Shown in pieces: positions 44,094 to 54,645 of a DNA stretch of 64,000 bases. Position numbers and translations under genes: made by a program. The number at the start of each line of letters is the position of its first letter. Position 1 is the stretch's first letter. The notes beneath the pieces are model-generated. The model was not told where the DNA came from. It saw only the letters and a list, made by a program, of their open reading frames with translations, and ran no database searches. Origin of the DNA: Candidatus Bathyarchaeota archaeon (lineage in GTDB: Archaea > Thermoproteota > Bathyarchaeia > Bathyarchaeales > Bathycorpusculaceae); the NCBI GenBank assembly GCA_963770935.1, contig CAVYRJ010000011.1, positions 105,382 through 169,381 on the forward strand. The letters run 5' to 3'.

Positions 44094-45584
44094 ATGTTCA
44101 TAATGGTCACTGTGCTTACAATTCTTCATTTATCTGATTTACATCGATCGCCGATCGCTCCAGTATCAAACGACATGTTGATGTCTTGTTTGTTGCAGGA
44201 CTTGGAAAAACAAAAATCGGAAGATCCAGTCATTCCCGCCTGTGATGTAGCGGTGATAACTGGCGATCTTATAATGGGGGTAGAATATGATGACGCCAAT
44301 TTTTCTGAGACTTTTGCCTCTCAGTACCGCGAAGCAAAGAGTTTTCTTATTCGGTTAAGTCAAGAATTGTTTGCTGGAAACATAGGTAGGATATTTGTCA
44401 CGCCGGGAAATCATGATGTATGTTGGCAGATTTGTAGACAGTCTATGGAATCCATAGAAACAACTGGTCGAATTGATGTATCGCGCCTCCTTGAAGGAGT
44501 AAATAGTCCGTATCGATGGTCTTGGGGCGATTTGCGTCTTTATCGCATTAGAGACTTCGATATTTACAAATCTCGACTTAGATATTTCAAGGAATTTTTT
44601 GACGATTTTTACAAAACACATGGCTACACATTTAATCTTGAAGATAATGAACAGGTAAATAATTTTGTTACGGAAGACCAAAAAATGCTGTTCACCGGAT
44701 TTAGTTCATTATATGGAAATGATTGCTTCGACCATCGTGGCAGGATTTCATCTGACTGCGTCGCTAGAAATGGATTGAGGATGAGAAAATACGAAACGGC
44801 TAACATTCCAGTGAAAATCGCTTTTTGGCATCACAGTTTAGAGAGTTCAGGATATGGGGTTGATCACTTGAATCGTGATGAAGTTCTGCCTTTATTGATT
44901 GATCAAGGATACACGCTAGGACTCCATGGGCATCAGCACAAAAGCGGAGTTGTTTCTTTTGCTTATCATTTAAATCCTGAGGGCTTTATGCCAGTAATTT
45001 CCAGCGGTTCCCTTTGCGCAGATCAATACTCAATTCCTCAAGGATACCGAAGGCAATATAACTTAATTGAAATAAATGAAGTAGAGTGCAAAGCGAAGAT
45101 TCACGTAAGGGAATGGTTTGATAACACTAGATTAGTTTCCGCAAGACTTCACGAATTCGGAGGAAAAGGTTGGATAGTAAAGGATCTTCCTTTGCTTAGA
45201 GACGAAATCAAGAGGAAGTCACAGATCTTGGAGAAAACTTTACCATTAGTTGACAAAGCAGAATTGCTCTTAAGAGAAAAGAAGTATGAAGATGCTCTTG
45301 GTTTGTTGAAAAAACTGCCACAAGATATGCCGATAGTTCGGAGCCTTCTAGTCGAAACTCTGCACTCACTTGCAAGATGGGACGACATAGTTCGCTTGAT
45401 TTCGAAACCTTTGAATCCCAATGAGCTTTCAGTTGTAGTGAATGCTCTGTGCAGAAAAAAAGATTTTGAATCGGCAAATTTGTTTATTCGAGAATGTGAG
45501 CGAGATCAGTTGACTTACGACAAGATATTCATCAATTTGCTTTGGAAAAGGGTTGAAGCGGAAAAAGAAGTTGCCTTGAGGTAG
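44094..45584 (+). CDS. calcineurin-like metallophosphoesterase with C-terminal TPR-like helices
   Basis: HLSDLH, TGDL, PGNHD, WHH, HGHQH. Confidence 0.88.
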   Translation: MFIMVTVLTILHLSDLHRSPIAPVSNDMLMSCLLQDLEKQKSEDPVIPACDVAVITGDLIMGVEYDDANFSETFASQYREAKSFLIRLSQELFAGNIGRIFVTPGNHDVCWQICRQSMESIETTGRIDVSRLLEGVNSPYRWSWGDLRLYRIRDFDIYKSRLRYFKEFFDDFYKTHGYTFNLEDNEQVNNFVTEDQKMLFTGFSSLYGNDCFDHRGRISSDCVARNGLRMRKYETANIPVKIAFWHHSLESSGYGVDHLNRDEVLPLLIDQGYTLGLHGHQHKSGVVSFAYHLNPEGFMPVISSGSLCADQYSIPQGYRRQYNLIEINEVECKAKIHVREWFDNTRLVSARLHEFGGKGWIVKDLPLLRDEIKRKSQILEKTLPLVDKAELLLREKKYEDALGLLKKLPQDMPIVRSLLVETLHSLARWDDIVRLISKPLNPNELSVVVNALCRKKDFESANLFIRECERDQLTYDKIFINLLWKRVEAEKEVALR

Positions 45585-45591
45585 AACAAGA

Positions 45592-47901
45592 ATGAAATTT
45601 CAAATTGAAATAACCAAAATCTTGGAAATCCTTTCAACAAAAATTTATGATTCTCCCTTTGCACTTCTTAGAGAAAATGTGCAGAATGCATACGATGCTG
45701 TGTTGTTAAGAAAGCATCGGACTCCCGACGAGTTTTCACCGCGAATTGACGTGAAAATTATGCCTGGTTCTGTTGAAGTCCGAGATAACGGTATTGGGAT
45801 GACAGTTGATGATCTGAGAAACCATTTTTGGCGTGCGGGAGCCAGCGGAAAGAATAACGTCGAAGCCATTTCAGCGGCAGTTGTTGGAACTTTTGGAATA
45901 GGTGGGCTCGCCGATTCGGCGTTTGCCAAAAGTCGACTGGTCGTCACAGAATCTGCGAGTAATAATACGCGAACAAGGTGCCAGGCTACTAAAGACACTC
46001 TTTCGTTAGATCAAGATTGCATTTCGATGGAAATCTTACGCGACTTAATGATCCTGGAACGATACGTCTCGCCGAACCTCCTGCTGGACTAGATATCGGT
46101 TAAGCAGGCAATTGACTGATCTAAAAACTTTTGTTGAACATGTGCCAATACCTATCTTTGTAAATGATGAGCAAGTCAGTATGAAACCTCTTGAATACTC
46201 TTGCCCGATTCGAGATGGCATTACTTGGTCAACGTAGATCCAAGCAAAATAATCAACTTCCTTGGAATGTGACTTGAAAGTCTGAAAATTCAGAGAGCGG
46301 AATTTCCGCCTGGATTCTAATGGGAAAACATTAAGTCTAGGTGGCAATTTGATAGAGCTACGCGCTTCGCTGAGCAAGGAATTCGGAAATAAATAATGAC
46401 TTTCCGAGTGGCTTTGGATCGTCTAGGAGTGGCGTGTACTCCGTTTTATTCCTTCGGCGGCGTTGTCATCTCAAAACTTCTTCAACCAACCGCAGGATGT
46501 GATGCTGAGAATGCGCGTCCGAGTTTTGATGATTACCTCTTATAGTAGGAGACGATTGCTCCAATTGTCGCTGACTCTCCCTATACGGATATGAACACTT
46601 ATTTTATGAGTTGGGTTGCCCGAGAAGAAAGAGATTGCCTGCTAGGAAACCTGAAAGCTTCTCTTTAACAACAGGGAAGAAAATGAGCTTAAGGAAGTGG
46701 GTGAGTTGCCAAGAAAGATTTACGTTAAGTACTATAACGGTTCGCAGGAGTCCGTTGCAAAGGAACTAGGAACTGAAGAGACCTGGTTAATTCAGATCGC
46801 CAGTAGTAATCCCCGTGGTCGTTGCGAAGCTGAGTACCTTGCAGGATTTACCAATGCACATTTGGTCTCGGGTGAACCTCGCGTAACTTCATTTCGACCC
46901 GACAATTCATGGAGTCGAGACGAGGCGGCGCTGTGTTTTCAAAATAGGTCAAGTTGTAGGGTCTGATTATTTCTTGCCTGTGAAATAAGATTTGGCAAGA
47001 TTAGTCATAATTTACCTTTGCTCGTTAATGATGCAGTCACACCGCCGGTTTTAACCCGGATCCGAGCAATAGCACAATTCAAACTTTACTTCAGTGCTAT
47101 AGTGCTGATTTTTTGGTTTTCAATTCTTACGTAAAAGACTTCGTGCGAACTATTGTTTTCCCACGTATTGCACAACTTGTGCCGAGCAGCACCAGAGGAG
47201 GCGCTGAAGCCTTTCTGAGCATTTTGCGAAGACAAAAAGAAGCATTTGAATATGATCAATCTGAGATAAGGCAGGTGGATGATGTCATCGCAGACTTTGT
47301 AAAAGGATCAGGGACGTAACCGAGGCAATTGATGCAGCATTAGCCGCAGCTAGAAAGCAGAAACAAGTAGTTTCCGTTAGCGATGTCAAAACAGTTACAT
47401 CAATAATGCCTGATATTGTATCAAATCAGCAAGTGCTTGAGGTGGAAGAGGAAAAAAGTAGGGGAATAAACTATTCAGCTTTTCCCCCGAGACCGGCAAT
47501 AATTTCGAATGACGTTGAGACAGATGCAAAGAGACCAGGATTAGAAGATTCAGAAATCGATGTTTGGTTATAAAGGTCTTCTCTGTTTATCTGAGAAAGC
47601 TTATGGCGATAGAGCCGAATTCTTCTATCAACCGCATTATACAGAAATTATTTGGGGTGGTCAAAGAATTATCTTCATATTTCGCCATCTTTCTGGAACT
47701 TTTGGATTCTATTATGATGTAGAACTAAACTAGTTAATGGCTATTCCATCCGGCGGAGCAAGTTACGAAACCATGACGCTAGTTCTAAAAAACTCTGTAT
47801 TCCTACCCATTCCGTCAACTCTTTTTCAATGCTTCGCCCCTCATAAGAACGAGAAAAAGAAATTCGATGTCAGATACGATCTTTTATACCCAGAATCCTA
47901 A
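45592..47901 (+). pseudogene. HSP90-like GHKL ATPase, ~770 codons, multiple disruptions
   Basis: IY....LRENVQNAYDA, DNGIGM, GTFGIG; coding-like fragments continue to TAA 47899. Confidence 0.75.
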
Positions 47902-48149
47902 ACGTAATAACTTTCATTTTCTTTTTCATTCTCAGTCGATAGCATTATTGGTGCAGGAGTACGCAGAGCCTTTGAAATATGTCTCTTGTTAATTTGAGGT
48001 CCTTTTGCCAATCCGACATTTTTAACTATAACTCCAATAAATTTTTTTGAGACATCTTCGGGCTTAACTTACTCATCGGTCTAACCCTCCCAAATTGGTT
48101 TAAAGGAGAGAGACAAATTGAGATCCTTTTCGAAAGCATCAAAATGCAA

Positions 48150-48255
48150 CTTTGTGGCAGGATTCCGCCAAGCATATTCGCGAGGCATTATTTTTCTCCA
48201 GCCATAAAGGAACTTAGAGAACGAACGTTAAAAGCTTTGGAAGAGATGGAGATTG
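48150..48255 (+). pseudogene. orphan 3' end of a third integrase
   Basis: LCGRIPPSIFARHYFSPAIKELRERTL matches the int(C)B C-terminus with mostly synonymous differences. Confidence 0.85.
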
Positions 48256-48505
48256 AAGCAATAAAAAATGGCTATGGGCAAAATTCTAACGGAGGTGATT
48301 GGGGATGCTTGCAGGTGAAGACTTGTACGAAGCAATTATAACAGAACGGCTCTCTCGCTATCGCTGGCGCAAAAAACGAAATGGATGAGCTCTATTTTCT
48401 AATACAATTACCTAAATAGAAAAAGGGTCTTAAAGAGTTGGGTAAGATTAATACTGTTAGAACAACTAAAAGACTGGTCAGTGAACTAATAAGGTCTGAC
48501 TAATC

Positions 48506-49453
48506 GTGAGTAAATCAAATGCAGATAGCAATCATTCAAAAAATGAGGATTGGAAGACAAAATTTGTACAACGTAAAATGAAAGAAAGCGGCTATCAATT
48601 AGAGGATTCCGTTTACTCCATATTTTCAAAACACTTACCTGACTGTGAGATTGAGCAGAATCATCACTTCTCTGATTGGGAGACAGGTAAAGACAGAGAA
48701 ATAGACCTAAAAATTACTTACTCAGTTACTGTCCCATCAATTTTTATAGAATATGTTTTTCTTATTGAATGTAAGCAACTTCCAGATAATTTTTGGACTT
48801 TCGTGCGAAGCCGGCAGCAGCGCATGGTTTTTAAAAATTCAATTTCGATTTGGGATCATGTTGGAATAGATGGACGTCAGGAAAAAGTAGTGGATATTTT
48901 GGATCCAATTTTTAAGGTAAACAAGATTGTTTGCGATTCATATGCTCAAACCTATAAAGAATTTTTGCCAGACATAGCTAAAGGAAACCCTGACAATATT
49001 AAATCCAACAATCGCACGGACAACATAAGAACCTCGGAAATTGAATTAGCTAAGGCTTTCTATTTTGAAAAAAGGGAAGCTTTGCAACAAGCAGAAATAG
49101 GGCGGGTATTGGAAGACATTGTCGATAATATTCAGATATTTTACCCTATGATTATTTTTCAAGGTAACTTATTTGAAGCAAATATGCAATCTGACCCGCC
49201 CGAGGTGAGGAGCATAGGAAGTGCTCATCTAAATCACTTCTCAATTCAGGATAAAGAAAATATCAGGATGGTTATTGATGTAGTCCATATTGATAGCTTA
49301 GAGCAGTTTATCGACAATCAAATACTTCCTGAAATCGCGCGGATTAAAGAGAATAGTTCAAAATTGTGGGAATCTTACAAATCTCAAGTAAAATCCCTAA
49401 GACTACGATATAATCGCGGCGAGATCAAATACTCGAAAGACTCACTTTTCTAG
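48506..49453 (+). CDS. PD-(D/E)XK restriction-endonuclease-fold protein
   Basis: SGYQLE..V, DREIDL, LIECK. Confidence 0.75.
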   Translation: MSKSNADSNHSKNEDWKTKFVQRKMKESGYQLEDSVYSIFSKHLPDCEIEQNHHFSDWETGKDREIDLKITYSVTVPSIFIEYVFLIECKQLPDNFWTFVRSRQQRMVFKNSISIWDHVGIDGRQEKVVDILDPIFKVNKIVCDSYAQTYKEFLPDIAKGNPDNIKSNNRTDNIRTSEIELAKAFYFEKREALQQAEIGRVLEDIVDNIQIFYPMIIFQGNLFEANMQSDPPEVRSIGSAHLNHFSIQDKENIRMVIDVVHIDSLEQFIDNQILPEIARIKENSSKLWESYKSQVKSLRLRYNRGEIKYSKDSLF

Positions 49454-49535
49454 CTCAACGAATCAATCTCACTAAAAATAGAAATAGACTCTAAAATTTG
49501 TTTAAGTGAGCGATCAACACTGAAGGGATCACCCC

Positions 49536-51080
49536 TCATATTAAGAGTTTATAGAGCTTGTCTATCTTGTGTTGATCAACTTTTCCTTCGCATGTTGGTA
49601 TTAACTTGAGTAAGTATTGCCTTGCTTTAAAAGAACCGTATATTTGGCTATTCAGCTAGCGCGAAATCTACTATTCTTGAGCAATCGTTAGATGACAGGG
49701 AAGTCTTGATATTTTGAATTATTTCCGCGTTAGTCCCTGCGATATCAAAACAGTCACTTCGTCCAAATTCGGCCACAAATTCACCTTTATTTCTCGCCGC
49801 GATTTCTTTCAAGTCTGGCGACCTTGAGAGCTGTGCAACGATTTCAAGAATCGCTGATTTGCACATCGGTGTGGCTGTCTCAAAATACCACTTTAGAAGT
49901 GACTCAAACAATTGAGCGCCTTCTTCTCGGTCTCTTTCGAGAATGGCTTCTTTTAGAAAAATGAAAACGTTTCTGTTATCTTTCGAGTTGCTAGATAAAT
50001 CAAAGAGTCCCACCGCTTCTAGCAAATCGGCGTAGGCTTGCTTGAGAACGGAATATTCCATGTCTTTAATCGTTTGAAGAATTGCGGGTTCATCCAGTGG
50101 TTGTATTGAGTGGATTGTTCCCTGAAGTATGCTCCTTCTTGATTCTCTTCCTTTGGGGAGTTGAATTGGCGGCCTCACTGTTGGAGGCGCTTGCCCACCT
50201 GGTTTAACGACTTTCAATACTTCTTGGACAATAAATGCAATACCTTTGCTAGTTGGGATTCCATGATGCCAGCTAGAAGCAATGACTTGCTTCGAATGAA
50301 GGCAGCATTAACATTATGCCACACCGGCAGGATGACTTTTCTGCCTTCGATTTCTTTTGCAACAAGTCCTTCAAGCTCCCTTTGCGGCCAATCTTTTTTG
50401 AAAAAATTTTCGCTAAGGATTACTATACCATAACCTGATTTAGCAATACCTTCATCTATTGATTTATGAAGTCGGTCTCCAATTTTGATTTCCGATTCAT
50501 CATACCAAACCTTTAGTCCAGCCGCTGTAAGCGCATCTCTTAAAGGTCTTGCAATTGAATCTTTATCTTCCGAGGCGTGACTTATGAATACGTCCCAAGT
50601 ATCATCTGTCCTTTGCGTCGTGATCTTTCCCTCTTCCACTTGTTCGGTCACTATCTTTGGCTTAGAACGCGATATATTTGTCTTTTGAATTATCACTTTA
50701 TTTGCTGGGTATCCGTATGCCTTAGAGCGGAATTTTTCTCTTGCAGCTTTATTTTTTGCCAACTGAAGAATTTTGTTTTTGTTTGATGAAAATAAATCCA
50801 CCTTAATGAAGGTTAGTTCGCCTTTACTTCTATTCACCTCTATTAAATCTCGACTTTTCAAAGCATGGGTTACATCAAGAACACGTTTTGAAGTAATTTT
50901 ACACCCTGGTTTTAGCGTATTAAGATTCAGCGCGATTTCTTTTGCTGTTTTCCCACTGCTTTTATTTCGGTAGATTTCTTCAAAAACGTCCTGCTTATCT
51001 TCAGATCCGCTGAGGAAGTCTGCCGCTTTAATAATTTGCATGTCTCCATACGTTCTAACGTCGGCTGTACCAATTACCAT
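49536..51080 (-). CDS. wHTH-TIR-helical domain protein (frameshifts ~50260 and ~49650)
   Basis: DVFISHASEDK, VWYD, W.QRE catalytic Glu, LPVWH; restored frame continues GIPTSKGI... and NSQIYGSFKA. Confidence 0.85.
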
Positions 51081-51081
51081 T

Positions 51082-51276
51082 TTACGATTTGCCCTTCTTT
51101 GTTACTCCAGGATAAGGTTTAACCTTGCCAAACTTGGTTCTAATATTTCCTGCACCCATTCCAGTTGCCAAATCAATTTCTTCGGATGTGGCTCCGCTTT
51201 TCAAGAGTTGAATAATTAATAAATTTTTTATTGATTTTAGCTCCTTCAACGAATCTTTATCTTTTTCTAAACTCAC
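51082..51276 (-). CDS. small HTH protein
   Basis: L.SIKNLLI..L...GATSEEI..ATG.....I; 1-nt gap to the TIR gene. Confidence 0.7.
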   Translation of the reverse strand: MSLEKDKDSLKELKSIKNLLIIQLLKSGATSEEIDLATGMGAGNIRTKFGKVKPYPGVTKKGKS

Positions 51277-51288
51277 CCATCAACCCTC

Positions 51289-51711
51289 CTACATCTCTGG
51301 TTTTGATTTTTCGGTCATTGTTTTTCCCATAGCCTTATGGATCTCAATTCCAAAATCTTCAAGGGAGAAAAGACTTTTTCCTCGGGTTCCACCTTGTACA
51401 CCAACTTGTTCAGCTATGCCCACTCTTGTCCACTTTTTCCAGTTCTCAGATACATCAGCTGGGTACATTCCTGAACGCTCAAATAATTCTTTAGTCGTTC
51501 TTTTACCGTCTGAACTCGAATATACAATTTTTTGTGATTCAGATCGTACTTGCTCACTTAATATTTTGCCAACCTCGGCATGGCTGGTTACTTTAATCCA
51601 TTTGGTGAGTTCTTGAATTGATGAAATCATTTGTTCTGTTTTGATTGACTGTTTATTTAGCGCATCCACTAATTGTTCTTCTATTGGCCGAGTGTCCTTC
51701 TTCTTACTCAT
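51289..51711 (-). CDS. coiled-coil + wHTH protein
   Basis: IVY..SDG..T..E....G...VS..W..W...G; paralogous to neighbours. Confidence 0.75.
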   Translation of the reverse strand: MSKKKDTRPIEEQLVDALNKQSIKTEQMISSIQELTKWIKVTSHAEVGKILSEQVRSESQKIVYSSSDGKRTTKELFERSGMYPADVSENWKKWTRVGIAEQVGVQGGTRGKSLFSLEDFGIEIHKAMGKTMTEKSKPEM

Positions 51712-52081
51712 CGGTCGCATCTCCATCTTTTGGAAGCCCTTTGATTGTTGGAACTTGGATCCCGATTGATTTAAGAGAAACTACCCGCTTGAATCGCCCT
51801 TGTGTCCCTGCGGGCATCACAATGGGTACAGTCGCCCATCTTTGCCACATATTTTTAACTGTCTGATGAGTAATCTGCATCCCAGTGCTGGATACAATTT
51901 GAGCAATGTCCCGTGTACTTTTGTCACCTTTTGAGAGTTCATAAACAAGCCTGTCTACATCATCCCTTAACGTTGCTGCTACCATTTTGGTAAATGTCGT
52001 CCATACCGAGAATTTTACCCAAAATGTAAGTTCCTCGATTTTTGCATTCAAATCTTTCGTTTTTTCATCCAAATTACTCAC
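51704..52081 (-). CDS. coiled-coil + wHTH protein
   Basis: LVYELS.G..S.RDIA......TV..MW..W. Confidence 0.75.
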   Translation of the reverse strand: MSNLDEKTKDLNAKIEELTFWVKFSVWTTFTKMVAATLRDDVDRLVYELSKGDKSTRDIAQIVSSTGMQITHQTVKNMWQRWATVPIVMPAGTQGRFKRVVSLKSIGIQVPTIKGLPKDGDATDE

Positions 52082-52383
52082 TCCAAGCTTTTGAAGTAGT
52101 ATTTCTTTCCGCCTTTTTCTTCATAAAGAACTAACCCGAGTTCAAGAAGGCCTGAAAGATGTTGTGAAACATTAGGTTGAGTGGTCATGAGTTCAGAAGC
52201 AATGTCGCCAACTGTGTGTTTGTTATCACAGAGTTCATAAATTTTTTTCTTAGTTTCGGTCTTCAAAATGCTATCCTTTGCTTTCATAATTGCTTCGCCG
52301 TTGGCAAGTTTTAAAACTGAAAGTATTTTCTGCAAAAGTTGCTTAATCTCAATGTCATTTTGATCCATTTGATTCTCAAGCAC
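52078..52383 (-). CDS. ArsR-like wHTH protein
   Basis: IYELCD...TVGDIA.EL..TQPNVSQHL..L...GLV. Confidence 0.85.
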   Translation of the reverse strand: MLENQMDQNDIEIKQLLQKILSVLKLANGEAIMKAKDSILKTETKKKIYELCDNKHTVGDIASELMTTQPNVSQHLSGLLELGLVLYEEKGGKKYYFKSLE

Positions 52384-53019
52384 CCACCTAACCTATTGAT
52401 TAATTGTGCTTATAATGTTTGTGATATTTCAGGATGTCAAGTTACTCATTAAGATACTAACTTAGATCTATTTTACATTTTGTTAAATTTCTAATAATTT
52501 TAGAGTTTTTGTAAAGATTATAGATATATACAATAAATTGAAGATATATGTAATGATAATGATTGTCTACGAGCTATGAAGGTCTCGTGAAGATATTGTT
52601 AAATTATAGTGACGAATTACTCACTAAGAATTTTTTTGCCTCCAAATCAACCAAAAAAGCATCATTTTAATAATTAACTAGCCTACTCATCAATGTCAGT
52701 TCCAATTGTCTTATAAGATCATATCAATACGCTCATTGGTTCATTAATGGTTAAGCGATGTCAATATATTATATTTTACAAATCCTGAGATTAGCAATTT
52801 TTTAACATCAATTTACCTATTTTTTATGCGTTAGAATCAGACATCTATGTTTGTCATAAGGTTGTGGAATGATTAAGATAAAGAAGATCCTAACTGAGAT
52901 TTTCACATAAGGCGCTATTATGTAGGCAATGCTCGATAAACCCCATAGTCGGTGTACCTCTAATCAAAACTCAAATTTTATCAGAATATTTTAGAAAAGA
53001 TTTTTGGACACAACCTTGT

Positions 53020-53713
53020 GGGCAACTGGTGACCGGACGGAATAACATTTCTGCCTCTGCGGAATTTTTGGTTAACTGGAAAGTACCCGTCAAACCGGTG
53101 ATGTAATTATCACCAGCGATTGGGTGCTTACTTGCTTGGATAATATGATTTAACTCGCTTAACTCAAATTGGGAGCCTTTCCTCAGATCGACGGAGAACT
53201 GGCCGAGGTCCCAAAAACGAGTTAGACGAGTCAAAGGACAATAAAAAACGTGAGGAAATTAATAACTTATAATAGTGTCATGATCATGGACGTTTTCGGG
53301 GCCATTACAATTAGCCCGGGTCCCCGTGATTCTCGTTCATATTGTTGCAGGGTGGCAACTTGGCGCGGAAACACCTGAAAAGGAGCTCAATTTGTCTCTC
53401 TCCTATAAACCGTTTTTGGAGGATCAACCCTATTAAGAACTCAAGCCTGAGGAAACTCCAAAAGTGGTTTATACGAGTTAAATGATTTGCCTAAATCGGG
53501 GTCTAATTAGTGTCTCTCGAGGACACAATGAACGTAGAATAGAAGAAAGCGCAAGACTTAGGAAGCCTAAGGGAGCCTTCCATGGCACCGATTTTTAACA
53601 TAACAGTTCAGACGTTCATTAACCGAGTTCAAATTGCTTTCTGAAAATCTTGAATCAATTTATAAGCCGAGTTGAGTTAGCAAAGGCAAAGTGAAAAAGC
53701 AGTCGTATTGCCC
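53020..53713 (+). ncRNA. candidate large structured non-coding RNA (~700 nt)
   Basis: many helices found by eye with G-U wobbles on the + strand, e.g. 53404-21/53456-73, 53026-32/53110-16, 53527-35/53612-20; ends inferred from 53020-25/53708-13. Confidence 0.55.
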
Positions 53714-53743
53714 CTCAATTTAGTTTTAATAAACATTATTTGT

Positions 53744-54340
53744 CTAACTGGATAAATCCCCTTGCTTCTTCTGTAACCCGCGCAGCTTCAAAAAAGAATA
53801 TTCTTCTTCTTGCCGCTTCAATTCGGAATCCAAAATATCTCGTATCTTGTTAAAATAAAAACAATCGAAAAGTGTACTGTTTGGGAGTGCGTCTGGAGAT
53901 ATGGCGATGTTCGGAGTTTTTTTGCGCTTGGGATCCTTAAAATATTCTACCACTCTATGTACCGGAATAAGCGCTTGTGTAGTGTTTTCTCCAAGCTTGT
54001 CAAAACCGGCTAGAAACAGGAAATTTCCGGATTCACTGTAAAACGCTTCATTGAGTTTATTTTCCTTTTCATCTTTGACACACCATCGCCAGCTACTTTC
54101 AGCCACAGGCGTCGAGCCTTTAACCTGAATATCTATTTCCGCGTGTTCTTTCCTATAAACATAGTCTACCCCAATATTATCTGCGGCTCTTGTTGCACCG
54201 ATTAATCTCCAATCCAAAAGGATCATTGTTTTTTCCAATAAATTCGTTGCAAGGCCGTCCGTTTTTTCGCTGTCTTCTGGTTTCTTGGATGGTGTCCTGA
54301 GAAGTAATCGCGGGGTGTGATGTTTAGGTAATTTCTCCAT
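53744..54340 (-). CDS. PD-(D/E)XK-fold protein (DUF4365-like)
   Basis: E...DNIGVD...IQVKGS. Confidence 0.6.
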   Translation of the reverse strand: MEKLPKHHTPRLLLRTPSKKPEDSEKTDGLATNLLEKTMILLDWRLIGATRAADNIGVDYVYRKEHAEIDIQVKGSTPVAESSWRWCVKDEKENKLNEAFYSESGNFLFLAGFDKLGENTTQALIPVHRVVEYFKDPKRKKTPNIAISPDALPNSTLFDCFYFNKIRDILDSELKRQEEEYSFLKLRGLQKKQGDLSS

Positions 54341-54364
54341 TTATTTTTGATCTCCTTTGAAACT

Positions 54365-54532
54365 TTACTCATCTATTTTCTCGACAATTAACTTATCCCC
54401 ATTAATCCTAACTTTCACTCGGCTCGGAATATGGAAAGGGAATGCGCTATCAAGCATTAAATGGCTCGGCAGATACAAAATTCCAGTCGAACTTTTGGAT
54501 GATTTTTCGATTTTTGTAGTTCCTTCTATCAT
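54365..54532 (-). CDS. AbrB/SpoVT-like small DNA-binding protein
   Basis: TG.LYLP.....DS.FPF....VKV.I.GDKLIVE. Confidence 0.65.
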   Translation of the reverse strand: MIEGTTKIEKSSKSSTGILYLPSHLMLDSAFPFHIPSRVKVRINGDKLIVEKIDE

Positions 54533-54645
54533 GTTTTGCAAGTCCTTATGATATAACATAATTCGTTCTTTATAAGATATACTATAAAATATATTATAAG
54601 ATAGTATTAAATATGTGTGGGGGCTAATATTATTCGGCGAGAAAA

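Noticed and set aside
34031-47733. In-frame stops (34031 TAA, 36471 TAA, ~47731 TAG; also TAG ~7672) as genetic-code reassignment
   Set aside because: The stop types are mixed, TAA and TAG end normal genes here, and no suppressor tRNA or pyl genes are in the window.
52971-53234. 87-aa minus-strand ORF
   Set aside because: No recognisable motifs, a TTG start, and it overlaps the base-paired region; probably spurious.
53449-53680. Structured region as RNase P RNA (GAGGAAACTCC), T-box (GGGTGGCAAC at ~53350) or group II intron
   Set aside because: The CGGCTTAT-like partner is on the opposite strand, no T-box stem I or antiterminator is evident, and no domain V was found.
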